64,000 nt of DNA, taken from an uncultured Bacilli bacterium. Lineage in GTDB: Bacteria > Bacillota_I > Bacilli_A > RF39 > UBA660. Every line of letters begins with the position of its first letter. Position 1 is the first letter of the stretch. The DNA is taken from positions 1,721-65,720 of the forward strand of contig CAKOLH010000003.1 in assembly GCA_934096105.1 (NCBI GenBank), read 5' to 3'. The notes under the pieces were generated by a model. The model was given only the letters and a program-made list of their open reading frames with translations. It had not been told where the DNA came from and did no database searches. A program made the translations under genes and the position numbers. Below are positions 27,346 through 37,276 of this stretch, in pieces.

Positions 27346-28998
27346 ATGCAAACAATAATAATAACATTAAATAACGGGAAAAAAGAAGAATATGTAAAGG
27401 GTATAAAAGTAAAAGAAATATTAAATAAAATGTCTAGAGAAGAAAGAGAAGATGCCATATTAATAAAGTATAACAATAAAAAGGTAGATTTAGAAACAGA
27501 ACTTAAAAAAAACGGCACATTACAAATATATGATATAAATACTCTTGAAGGAAATAGAATTTATGAAAGAGGGCTATTATATATTTTTATCTATGTTACT
27601 AATAATGTTCTAGGAAAAGATACTAAAGTAATAGTAAAGCATTCTATTGATAAAGGAATATTCTGCAAGATAGATAAAAAAATAGAAGATAAAGATGTAT
27701 TAGAAATAAAAAAACAAATGAAAGAACTAGCAGCTAAAAACATTCCATTTACCAGAATGGATACAACCAAGTATGAAGCAATAGAATACTTTAAGAGTAT
27801 CAAAAGAGAAGACAAAGCCAAAACACTATTTTATGATCCATCAAAATATGTATCATTATATAAACTAGATGAAAATTATAATTATATAATAGGAGATCTT
27901 CCATCATCAACAGGAGTATTTAAATATTTTGATTTATCATTAATAAAAGATAAAGGAATAGTAGTACGCTTTCCATCAATATATGATAATAAAAAAGTAA
28001 AAAGATATACACATCATGCCAACTATTTCAATACCCTTGAAGAATATTCCACATGGGGTAATAACTTAAATATAAATAATATTGGAGAGTTAAATGACTA
28101 TATAACAAGTAATAAACCAGCAGATATCATTCAGTTATCAGAAATAATGCAAGACTATAAATTACTTAGTATAGCAGAGCAGATAGTTCTAAATAAAGAA
28201 AATTATAAAATAATATTATTATCAGGGCCTTCAAGTTCAGGAAAAACTACTAGTGCTATGAAATTATCATTATATTTAAAAAGTCTAGGACTAAATCCAA
28301 CTCATTTATCATTAGATGATTACTTCCATGAAAGAGCAGAAACTCCACTAGGAGAGGATGGTAAACCAGACTTTGAATCAATAACAGCGGTAGATATAAA
28401 GTTATTTGATAGTCAAATAAGTAAATTACTAAAAGGTACAAAGGTTGTAGTTCCAACATTTAATTTTATTGATGGCAAAAAAGAGTATAAAAGAACTGTT
28501 CAGCTAAAAGAAAATGACATCTTAATAATCGAAGGATTACATGCTTTAAATGAAGAATTATTAACCAATATTCCAAAGAAAAAGAAATTTAAAATATATG
28601 TAAGTCCATTAACTTATTTAAATATAGATAACGATAATAGAATAAGTATGACAGATATAAGATTATTAAGAAGAATGGTAAGAGATAATAGAACAAGAGG
28701 ATACTCTCCATCAGTAACACTTGGTACTTGGATGAAAGTTAGAAGTGGTGAAGAGAAACATGTTTTCCCATATCAAGATAATGCAGATGCTTTATTTAAT
28801 ACCAGTCTAGCCTATGAACTATCAGTCCTAAAAACATATGCAGAGCCATTATTATTTTCCATAAAAGAAGATGATCCAGAATATCAAACAGCTCAAAGAT
28901 TAATAGAACTGTTAAAATTTGTTTTACCAATTCCAAGTGAAACAGTACCAAAAACATCAATATTAAGAGAATTTATTGGAGATAGTTATTTTGAATAA
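27346..28998 (+). CDS. TGS-domain / uridine-kinase-like nucleoside kinase family protein
   Basis: 550 aa; N-terminal TGS-like fold and a central P-loop SGPSSSGKTT in a udk/PRK-like domain. Confidence 0.7.
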   Translation: MQTIIITLNNGKKEEYVKGIKVKEILNKMSREEREDAILIKYNNKKVDLETELKKNGTLQIYDINTLEGNRIYERGLLYIFIYVTNNVLGKDTKVIVKHSIDKGIFCKIDKKIEDKDVLEIKKQMKELAAKNIPFTRMDTTKYEAIEYFKSIKREDKAKTLFYDPSKYVSLYKLDENYNYIIGDLPSSTGVFKYFDLSLIKDKGIVVRFPSIYDNKKVKRYTHHANYFNTLEEYSTWGNNLNINNIGELNDYITSNKPADIIQLSEIMQDYKLLSIAEQIVLNKENYKIILLSGPSSSGKTTSAMKLSLYLKSLGLNPTHLSLDDYFHERAETPLGEDGKPDFESITAVDIKLFDSQISKLLKGTKVVVPTFNFIDGKKEYKRTVQLKENDILIIEGLHALNEELLTNIPKKKKFKIYVSPLTYLNIDNDNRISMTDIRLLRRMVRDNRTRGYSPSVTLGTWMKVRSGEEKHVFPYQDNADALFNTSLAYELSVLKTYAEPLLFSIKEDDPEYQTAQRLIELLKFVLPIPSETVPKTSILREFIGDSYFE

Positions 28999-29027
28999 TA
29001 AAAAGCATATATATTAATAGGTGTAAT

Positions 29028-29690
29028 ATGAATAAATATAAACTATTAATATTAATATGCTTTTTTCTTATAACAATAACTCTTCCCAAAGTAACTGCTA
29101 GTGTAAATGGTATGAATTTGTTAGGTAAAGTAATAGTTTTGGATTCTGGTCATGGCGGTGTTGATGCTGGAGCTACTGGTAATCAGATAATAGAAAAAGA
29201 TTTAAATCTAATATTAACAAAAAAACTAGAAAAAGAGTTAGTCTCTCGTGGAGCCACTGTCTATCTAACAAGAGAGGATGATAAAGACTTATCAACAACT
29301 ACTGTTAATAGAAAAAGAAGTGACCTTTATAACAGGGCCAGATACATAAATAAAATATCTCCAGATATGTATATCTCAGTTCATTTAAACTCTGTAACAA
29401 ATTCATCATGGAGAGGTCTTCAAGTATTTTATACTACAAAAAATGAAAAAAACAAACTAATCGCCGAAACAATAACCAACCATTTAAAAGAAAGTATATC
29501 TAATGTAAGAGAAATAAAAAAAGATAATACCTACTATATGTATAAACACATAACATCACCAGGAGTTCTTATTGAAGCAGGCTTTATATCTAATCCAAAT
29601 GATAGTTATTTATTGCGTAACAAAGAGTATCAAGATAAATTAATATCATTAATCTCAGATTCCATAGAAATTTATTTTCAAAAAAATTAA
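29028..29690 (+). CDS. cwlD: N-acetylmuramoyl-L-alanine amidase (Amidase_3), CwlD-like
   Basis: Signal/TM, then VLDSGHGGVDAGA, SVHLNS and EAGFISN motifs; size and architecture match germination-specific CwlD. Confidence 0.7.
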   Translation: MNKYKLLILICFFLITITLPKVTASVNGMNLLGKVIVLDSGHGGVDAGATGNQIIEKDLNLILTKKLEKELVSRGATVYLTREDDKDLSTTTVNRKRSDLYNRARYINKISPDMYISVHLNSVTNSSWRGLQVFYTTKNEKNKLIAETITNHLKESISNVREIKKDNTYYMYKHITSPGVLIEAGFISNPNDSYLLRNKEYQDKLISLISDSIEIYFQKN

Positions 29691-29742
29691 AAAACACTTT
29701 CAAAAATATCAAAAATAGTATATACTCATAATAGGTGATAGT

Positions 29743-30099
29743 ATGCAAAAGATATATCTAAAATATGACGAGTATACACCTCCAGTAGAATGTGATTATG
29801 GCTTTATAAAAGAAATGTTGTATTTGGGTTTTTTATATCCACTAAAAAAGAAAAACTATAAAATGTATTATATTATGCTCCTAACAGAAGTAGCGGTATC
29901 AGCATTAATAATGACATTTATACCATTCAAATTAGGTATATTATTAACAATTGCCATGTTATTTTTGATAAATCTTTTATTCGCAGCAAACTATAATATG
30001 ATAGTAATTGAAGATTTACTAAAAAAAGGATATGTACCATTAGATTATACATCATCTAATATATTAATAAAAAAAGGAATATACTTTAAACTACAATAA
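29743..30099 (+). CDS. hypothetical two-TM membrane protein
   Basis: 118-aa ORF with SD aggtga; no recognisable motif. Confidence 0.5.
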   Translation: MQKIYLKYDEYTPPVECDYGFIKEMLYLGFLYPLKKKNYKMYYIMLLTEVAVSALIMTFIPFKLGILLTIAMLFLINLLFAANYNMIVIEDLLKKGYVPLDYTSSNILIKKGIYFKLQ

Positions 30100-30128
30100 T
30101 AATTAAATTGTATAGAGTATATTCTTTT

Positions 30129-31100
30129 TTAATATTTAAAATATTTATATTCCATCTTCAAATCACAGTCCATGCCAGTACCATAATCGAGATTACCAAA
30201 TAATTTTTCTATTCTTTTATTATCTATTTTTTTATCATTTAACATCTTATCAATTTCATTGATAATTTTTACAGTCTTAACCAAAGCTATATCGTATAAG
30301 TCAAAAAATGAATAGCTAAACTTTTCACCAGTACATGGGTGCCTCCAGGTATTATTATCAAGGTTCAAATATTCTAAATGACTATTTGGATTAACATGAA
30401 AAGATAATTCTTTTTTTTTAACAACCTTATTACCACATACTGCATCCATAATGGAATAAACGCTCTTTTTTACCCCAAATCTATCATAATTAAATACATG
30501 GTAAAACTTCTTCATATCCTTTAAACTCTTATAATAAATAGTATTAACATTATCATAGTCATAGACCTCTTTAACAACCTTATCAATAGTATCCTTTAGT
30601 TCATCATTAAATTCGCCAAATTTAAATATCTCATCGAAGACTTTATATTTTCTTGGTATAATATTTTCTCTTTGATAAATAAGATATATATCTGTATAGT
30701 ATTCGATCTTTTCATGCATACCATTATATTTATAAGTATTCTTATCTTTTTCATCATATCTACCAGACATATATATAGTAAAAGGATGAATAGTACTATC
30801 AAGAACAAAATGACATATTTGACCATATAAATAAGACATAACCATAACATTATCATTATAATTCATTTTGTTAATATAATTAATTAGTGTAACAAAATGT
30901 TTATTAACTAGACTATGCTGCATAGAAGTGTTGATTTTATGTACTTCTTTAGCCTTCTTAGAAAGATGAAAATCATAAAAGAAATAAGGGTCTGGTCCTT
31001 GTCCAAAGACCTTTAAATAATTCAAATTAATCTTACTTTTATTTTTAAATTCATTATAAACATCACTAGCAAAATAACTATGTGTTACTGAACTTGGCAT
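30129..31100 (-). CDS. zinc-dependent phospholipase C-like family protein
   Basis: N-terminal SSVTHSYFA, a His-rich pattern (CHFVLDSTIHP) and a size typical of this family. Confidence 0.55.
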   Translation of the reverse strand: MPSSVTHSYFASDVYNEFKNKSKINLNYLKVFGQGPDPYFFYDFHLSKKAKEVHKINTSMQHSLVNKHFVTLINYINKMNYNDNVMVMSYLYGQICHFVLDSTIHPFTIYMSGRYDEKDKNTYKYNGMHEKIEYYTDIYLIYQRENIIPRKYKVFDEIFKFGEFNDELKDTIDKVVKEVYDYDNVNTIYYKSLKDMKKFYHVFNYDRFGVKKSVYSIMDAVCGNKVVKKKELSFHVNPNSHLEYLNLDNNTWRHPCTGEKFSYSFFDLYDIALVKTVKIINEIDKMLNDKKIDNKRIEKLFGNLDYGTGMDCDLKMEYKYFKY

Positions 31101-31203
31101 TTTATCGCCTCCTAAATAATTATATCATTTTTTCTCAAAAATATATACCAATTTTTCCAAATCTATGATATACTTTATTACAGAATAATGGGGATGAGTA
31201 CAA

Positions 31204-32130
31204 ATGGAAAAAAATTTTAAAACAATAGATGAACAAATTGAAATACTGAAAGAAAAAAATCTCATAATTGAAGATGAAGAAACAGCTAAAGAAATATTGC
31301 TGAGAGAAAATTACTTCTTTTTAATGGGATATCGCCATGTATTTATGATTTCTTCTAAAGAAAGAAAATTTATCCCGGGTACAACATTTACAGAAGTTTA
31401 CTCATTATTCACATTTGATAGGAATTTTAGAAATATAATATTTAAAAATGTTTTAGTTATCGAAAACCAATTGAAATCCGTTCTATCGTATCAACTATCT
31501 AAAAAATATGGTTATAAAGAGAAAGACTACTTAAATCCTAAAAATTTTACAAATGACCATAGCAAATCGCGAAGAGTGCACGATTTAATAGATAAAATGA
31601 AAAGACAAATAAGAATAAATGTTGGTACTCATGCTGCCACTATGCACTATATGAATAATTATGGATATATACCAATGTGGGTATTAGTAAAAGTATTGTC
31701 ATTTGGTATTGTTTGTGAACTATATACAATATTAAAAGAAGAAGATAAAATAGAAATAGCGGAAGTATTTAATACTACGCCATCAGTCCTTGAGGATATT
31801 CTAGTAATATTATCTAACTATCGTAATCTATGTGCTCACGAAGATATTGTCTTTGAGCATCGCACTGAAAGAGTAATACCGGATACTGAATATCATGAAT
31901 ATATGAACATACCAAAGATGGATGGCGAATACATTTATGGTAAGAATGACTTATTCGCAGTAATAATTATCTTTAAAATACTACTTAATGAAAGTAATTT
32001 TAGACTGATGATGAAAGAAGTAGAATATGAGATAGAATTACTAGATGGCAGAATAGATATTATACCAATAAATAAAATATTAGATAGAATGGGATTCCCA
32101 AAAGATTACATGGAAATAATAGGAAGGTGA
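31204..32130 (+). CDS. Abi_2 (AbiD/AbiF-like) abortive-infection family protein
   Basis: N-terminal TIDEQIEILKEKNLIIEDEETAKEILLRENYFFLMGY and the central NYRNLCAHE motif are typical of Abi_2. Confidence 0.7.
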   Translation: MEKNFKTIDEQIEILKEKNLIIEDEETAKEILLRENYFFLMGYRHVFMISSKERKFIPGTTFTEVYSLFTFDRNFRNIIFKNVLVIENQLKSVLSYQLSKKYGYKEKDYLNPKNFTNDHSKSRRVHDLIDKMKRQIRINVGTHAATMHYMNNYGYIPMWVLVKVLSFGIVCELYTILKEEDKIEIAEVFNTTPSVLEDILVILSNYRNLCAHEDIVFEHRTERVIPDTEYHEYMNIPKMDGEYIYGKNDLFAVIIIFKILLNESNFRLMMKEVEYEIELLDGRIDIIPINKILDRMGFPKDYMEIIGR

Positions 32131-32136
32131 TAATAA

Positions 32137-33243
32137 ATGAAAAAAAATAAAATATTAATACCATTACTAGTATTTGTAGCTTTTATAGGAGGAGCCGTAT
32201 GGTCATATTTAGTTATAAAACAATTAGGTCATGAAACAATATTAACTTCTGGTAGTGGAGGAAATTATACAATAAATGAAAATAGTATATCAGCAGCAGT
32301 TGATAAAGTATATGATGCTACCGTAGTAGTAGCAAGTTATAAAGGAGAAACATTAGTATCAACAGGTACAGGTTTTGTATATAAAACAGATGGATCAACC
32401 TCTTACATAATGACTAATAATCATGTCGTATCTGGTGGTGATTCTGCTAAAGTAATCTTTAGTGATGGTACTTCAGCAGATACCAAAATACTAGGAGGAG
32501 ATACATATGCTGACATAGCAGTATTAACAGTATCTACTTCAAGTATAAAACAAGTAGCAACACTAGGAAACACAGAAAATATGAAATTAGGAGACACAGT
32601 ATTTGCAGTAGGTGCTCCTCTAGGAGATACCTATAGTGGTACAGTAACTAAGGGAATATTATCAGGAAAAGATAGATTAGTAGAAGTAAGTATAAATGGA
32701 ACTACTAGTGATTACTATATGAAAGTATTACAAACCGATACAGCCTTAAACCCTGGTAACAGTGGTGGACCATTATGTAATGTTAATGGTGAAGTAATTG
32801 GTGTTAATTCATTAAAATTAACTCAAGAAACTAGTGGTACATCAAGTTATAGTGTTGAAGGAATGGGATTTGCAATACCAATTGAAGATGCTGTATACTA
32901 TGCTGAAACAATAGAAAAAGGTGGAAGTATAAAGAGACCATACATTGGTGTTAGTATGCTAGATATAACTAATAGTTATTACTTATGGCAGGCTAAGATA
33001 ACTGTACCAGACAATGTTAAAACAGGTGTAGCAGTAGTGGATGTTGAATCTAACTCACCAGCAGATAAAGCGGGTATTAAGAAAGGTGATATAATCACTA
33101 AGATTGAAAATGATGATATATCATCAGTAGCTAAATTAAGATATGAACTATATAAACACTCCCCTGGAGATAAAATAACAGTTACATATAATAGAAATGG
33201 TAAAGAATTAAAGACAGAAGTAACACTTGAAGAAAGTAAATAG
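32137..33243 (+). CDS. htrA: HtrA/DegP-family serine protease with PDZ domain
   Basis: N-terminal TM, catalytic TNNHV, D..A.. and GNSGGPL, and a C-terminal PDZ domain (GIKKGDIITKI). Confidence 0.92.
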   Translation: MKKNKILIPLLVFVAFIGGAVWSYLVIKQLGHETILTSGSGGNYTINENSISAAVDKVYDATVVVASYKGETLVSTGTGFVYKTDGSTSYIMTNNHVVSGGDSAKVIFSDGTSADTKILGGDTYADIAVLTVSTSSIKQVATLGNTENMKLGDTVFAVGAPLGDTYSGTVTKGILSGKDRLVEVSINGTTSDYYMKVLQTDTALNPGNSGGPLCNVNGEVIGVNSLKLTQETSGTSSYSVEGMGFAIPIEDAVYYAETIEKGGSIKRPYIGVSMLDITNSYYLWQAKITVPDNVKTGVAVVDVESNSPADKAGIKKGDIITKIENDDISSVAKLRYELYKHSPGDKITVTYNRNGKELKTEVTLEESK

Positions 33244-33261
33244 TTACTTCTTTTTTTGTAT

Positions 33262-33314
33262 CCTCCTGAGCCTAAGGTCTCAAGAGGCTTGATAGAGCCT
33301 AAGTCTCTATCAAG
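33262..33314. repeat. palindromic units B1+B2 (cctcctgag|cctaaggt|ctcaagagg ; cttgatagag|cctaagt|ctctatcaag)
   Basis: Two abutting units 19 nt after the htrA stop, with no T-run. B1 has one C/A mismatch on the + strand, which is a G-U/G-T wobble on the - strand. Confidence 0.85.
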
Positions 33315-33393
33315 AGCATCTTTGGTAAAAACACTTGAAAAATATGCATTTTTATGTTACACTAATGCTGATTTTGAGGGGAGTTAGATTAAT

Positions 33394-35349
33394 ATGGAAA
33401 ATAGAAAAATTCCTAAAATAGTTGAAGAGGTAAATGAAGTAGTGTCTTCAATGACACCTGCGAAAAAATATATAAGTGATAAAAAATTAAATACCAAGAC
33501 ACAAAAAGCTTTGTCAGATATTGAAAAAAATCACAATACATCTTGGGCTGTAGAAATTTTTAGAAGAAATCAAGAAAACTTAGACCTTATATCACTATTA
33601 TACAGAGGAAACAAGATTTCTTATGAAAAGATGTTTACAGAAGCGTATGATTATGCAAAATCATTAAAGAGTATTGGATATACAAAAGGTGATACAATTC
33701 CAATTTGTGTTGATAATATACCAGAATTTGTTTATTTAATGATTGGAGCTAGCTTTATAGGCTGCAATTTTGTTGTAGTGGGTGATTGGTTTAATAAAGA
33801 GTATTTAAAAGAAATATTAAATGAAACAAAGAGCAAATATATATTTGTTTCAAATAAAAACTATGTGCAAATAAATGAGGCAATAAATGAATCAAATATA
33901 GAGGAAATAATAATGCCTGCACTTAATGATTCACTACCAATAGACAAGAATGGCATTAGATATAATCCATATCAGGAAATAGAAGAAAAATTTTGCCATA
34001 ATTTTACAAACAATATTAGTGAATTAAAAAAGCAAAGCCAAAAGAGAATATTGAGTATTAAAGAATTTGCAAATATAGGGAAAGATTATACAGAGAAAGT
34101 AATAGAAAGTGTTTCAATTGATGCCCCATTTATACAAACATATACTAGCGGAACAACTGACCCTGGCCGTCCAAAAGGAGTAATTCATTCTACTAGAAGC
34201 TATATAACATTATCTAGGTGGAAAGAATCAGATGTATCAGGATTACCAAGTATGAGAAATATGACTATTTTAGGACATATTCCAACATATACTCATATGG
34301 AACTATCATGTGCAATATCGGATACATTATATGAAAAATGTACTTTAGCATTAGAACCATATTATGAAAGAGACTTCTTTATTTATTCACTTTTAATTAA
34401 CAAGCCTAACTTTGTACCAGCATCAACTGGATTTTGGACAAAATTGTGTGATCAATTAAATTATGATGAAAAGTTTAAAAATATTAATATGCCATTTTTA
34501 ATGTTACCAACAGTAACAGGAGAAGAGTGTTCACCTGGAGAAGAATATTATTATAATGCAACATCAAAAAAACATAAATTTGGTACCGATAAATTACCTT
34601 ATCCACTATCACCAGTAACATTTTCAATAGGTGGTGGAACATCTGAAAGTAGTGGCGTATTTGTTACAATACTTAAATCATTACAAGAAAAAAGGATTAG
34701 CAATATTGTAAAAAAATATGGATTAGGGCTTACTCCTCATAGTTTTGTTGATTTAGAAGTCTTAGATAAAGATGGAAATTATTGCCCAATAGGAAAACCA
34801 GGAACATTAGTAATAAATGGCCCTTGTAATATGTTAGGATATACTGACCCAAAATTAAATGAGTCAATATATGTAAAAGATAGTAAGGGAAAAACTTGGT
34901 TAAATCAAGGCGCTTATTCCTATAAAACAGATAATCAAGGAAGAATAAAAATGAAAGGAAGACCAAATAGTTTTATTACTTTATCCGATAAAACCGAATT
35001 ACCATACTACATAATTGAAGATATAATTGAAAAAGATATAAAAAATATTATGGTAGCAGTTCTTCTAAAAATAAGTGATGATTCTTATGTTTGCCATATC
35101 GAATTACAAAGACAAAGCAAATTATCACAAGAGAAAATCATCAATAATGCTATGAATAGATTAGCTAATAGTGTCCCATCAGAAGTATTAAAAAAACTAT
35201 ACTTAAGAATAGTACCATCATTTCCTGTAGCTCCAAGTGGTAAAAGAGATACAAATCCTTTATTAGCTGAAAGAGTACCAGAAGATAGTATTAATTGTGC
35301 TGAATATCTAAAAATTTCAAGAAATGTAAAGAAGAGAGTAAAACAATAA
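33394..35349 (+). CDS. AMP-dependent synthetase/ligase (adenylate-forming enzyme)
   Basis: 651 aa; A3-like YTSGTTDPGRPKGVIHS, A8-like GRIKMKGRPNSFI and A10-like PSGKRD. Confidence 0.8.
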   Translation: MENRKIPKIVEEVNEVVSSMTPAKKYISDKKLNTKTQKALSDIEKNHNTSWAVEIFRRNQENLDLISLLYRGNKISYEKMFTEAYDYAKSLKSIGYTKGDTIPICVDNIPEFVYLMIGASFIGCNFVVVGDWFNKEYLKEILNETKSKYIFVSNKNYVQINEAINESNIEEIIMPALNDSLPIDKNGIRYNPYQEIEEKFCHNFTNNISELKKQSQKRILSIKEFANIGKDYTEKVIESVSIDAPFIQTYTSGTTDPGRPKGVIHSTRSYITLSRWKESDVSGLPSMRNMTILGHIPTYTHMELSCAISDTLYEKCTLALEPYYERDFFIYSLLINKPNFVPASTGFWTKLCDQLNYDEKFKNINMPFLMLPTVTGEECSPGEEYYYNATSKKHKFGTDKLPYPLSPVTFSIGGGTSESSGVFVTILKSLQEKRISNIVKKYGLGLTPHSFVDLEVLDKDGNYCPIGKPGTLVINGPCNMLGYTDPKLNESIYVKDSKGKTWLNQGAYSYKTDNQGRIKMKGRPNSFITLSDKTELPYYIIEDIIEKDIKNIMVAVLLKISDDSYVCHIELQRQSKLSQEKIINNAMNRLANSVPSEVLKKLYLRIVPSFPVAPSGKRDTNPLLAERVPEDSINCAEYLKISRNVKKRVKQ

Positions 35350-35424
35350 TTACTCTCTTTTCTAATGTGGACAATAATACAAATAAATGTTATAATCGTA
35401 GTATAAGACGATAGGAGAATTATT

Positions 35425-37215
35425 ATGAATGTTGAATTTTTAATTTTATATGCACTTATATTATCAATAACATTAAATATAATGTACTTCATCAGGAAAC
35501 ACATTAACTCTAACGAGGCAAAAATATTTTCAAAAATTCTTTTTTCCAATTTACTTGGATTAATGTTAGAATTGATGTGTATATATATGAGCAATAAATT
35601 TTCTCCAACATCATTGCCCGCAATAATCTTTACAAGAGCATATTTAATATATTTAATAACGTATTTATTGTTTATGACACTATATAATTATGTTTTATGC
35701 TATACAACAGAAAAGCAAAAAAAATTAGAACATTATAAAAAATTAAGAAACATATCATACACTATTTATGCTGTATGCGTTGTCGTGTGTATGGCATTAC
35801 CATTGCAGACAGCAAAAGGGTATGCAATAGGGCCGGCAGTCAATTTTGTATATTTATGTTCTACAATATGTATAAATATATGGTTTATTCCAATGATAAA
35901 AAATAGAAAAATAATAGAACATAAAAAGTTTATACCACTTTATATATTTATTTTCCTTATAATCATTGTTGCTATAATACAAAAGATTTATCCTCAAGCT
36001 ACTTTAATAACAATAGTGGAATTTCTAATAGTTTTTATAATGTATCATACCATTGAAAACCCTGATATGAAAATGTTAGATGAAGTTCATAAAGCTAAAG
36101 TAATAAGTGATAATGCTAATGAAGAAAAAACACTATTTTTATATAATATGACAAATGAAATAAGAGGTATAACTAAAGATATTGATAGAGAAACAGATAA
36201 TATCTTAGATGAAACAGATAATAAAAAAATTGATGTTGAAGAAATAAATAATTCTGCTAGAAATATTAAGGGAAGTACTGCAAAGTTTACTACTATGACA
36301 AATGAAATATTAGATATATCAAGTATTGATAGTGCTAGTGTTAGAATATATAATGAAAAATATAATATAAAAAGATTGTTAAAAGAACTTGTAGGAATGT
36401 ATAAGTCAAAAATTCAAAATAAAAATCTAGACTTTAGAGTAAGCATAGCTAGTGATATACCCGAATATTTATATGGTGATGGAATAAATCTAAAGAAAGC
36501 CTTAACTATTATATTAGATAATAGTGTTAAATACACCAATAATGGCTATATAGAGTTTAATGTAAATACCATTATAAAAGGAAATATAGCTAGATTAATA
36601 ATATCAGTTGAAGACTCTGGAATTGGAATGAAAGCCGAAGACATAAATAAGATATTCACAAAGAAACAAGAAAGAGAAGATAATCATAATCTAAATAATA
36701 ACTTATATAATGCTAAAAGACTAATAACACTAATGAATGGAACAATCGTACCAAGTAGTAGTTATGGAAGTGGAACAATCATGAAAATAATATTAGACCA
36801 AAAGTATGATACCATAGATACAGATATAAATAAATATGATAATATTTATGATAAGAAGAAAGTATTATTAATAGATGATAGTCCATCAAGTGAAAAACTA
36901 TTTAATAAAATATTAAGTGGAACAAATATAGAACTAACTAGTGTAAAATTAGGAAAAGAAGGATTAGAAAGAATAAGAAGTAAAGAAAAATATGACTTAA
37001 TATTATTAGATGAAGAGTTAGAACCACAAAATGGACATATAATTATGCGAAAATTATTAGAAATAAGAAACTTTAATACCAAAGTAATATTATTAACAAA
37101 AGATAATAAATATGATTATGATGATAGTTATTTACAGGAAGGATTTACTGATTACATAATAAAATCATCAGATAAAGAAGAAATATTAAATAAAATGAAT
37201 AAGTACTTGTCATAG
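35425..37215 (+). CDS. membrane hybrid histidine-kinase-like protein with degenerate H-box and G2-box and an intact receiver domain
   Basis: About 6 TM segments. The H-box position reads FLYNMTNEIRG (Asn where the phospho-His is expected). N-box LDNSVKYT and G1 DSGIGM are present, but G2 is replaced by NLNNNLYN. The C-terminal REC keeps DD, LLDEE, T and K. Confidence 0.7.
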   Translation: MNVEFLILYALILSITLNIMYFIRKHINSNEAKIFSKILFSNLLGLMLELMCIYMSNKFSPTSLPAIIFTRAYLIYLITYLLFMTLYNYVLCYTTEKQKKLEHYKKLRNISYTIYAVCVVVCMALPLQTAKGYAIGPAVNFVYLCSTICINIWFIPMIKNRKIIEHKKFIPLYIFIFLIIIVAIIQKIYPQATLITIVEFLIVFIMYHTIENPDMKMLDEVHKAKVISDNANEEKTLFLYNMTNEIRGITKDIDRETDNILDETDNKKIDVEEINNSARNIKGSTAKFTTMTNEILDISSIDSASVRIYNEKYNIKRLLKELVGMYKSKIQNKNLDFRVSIASDIPEYLYGDGINLKKALTIILDNSVKYTNNGYIEFNVNTIIKGNIARLIISVEDSGIGMKAEDINKIFTKKQEREDNHNLNNNLYNAKRLITLMNGTIVPSSSYGSGTIMKIILDQKYDTIDTDINKYDNIYDKKKVLLIDDSPSSEKLFNKILSGTNIELTSVKLGKEGLERIRSKEKYDLILLDEELEPQNGHIIMRKLLEIRNFNTKVILLTKDNKYDYDDSYLQEGFTDYIIKSSDKEEILNKMNKYLS

Positions 37216-37276
37216 TACTTTTTTCTTGCGTTTAATAGAAAAATCTGTTATTATATATGCCGAGGTGTTAATATTT

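Noticed and set aside
31370-31385. atcccgggta as a Noc-binding-site-like sequence, and a parS search across the window
   Set aside because: Only the central CCCGGG matches the ATTTCCCGGGAAAT consensus. The best parS-like strings (around 24470 and 12485) match only the ACGTGAA half. None is convincing.
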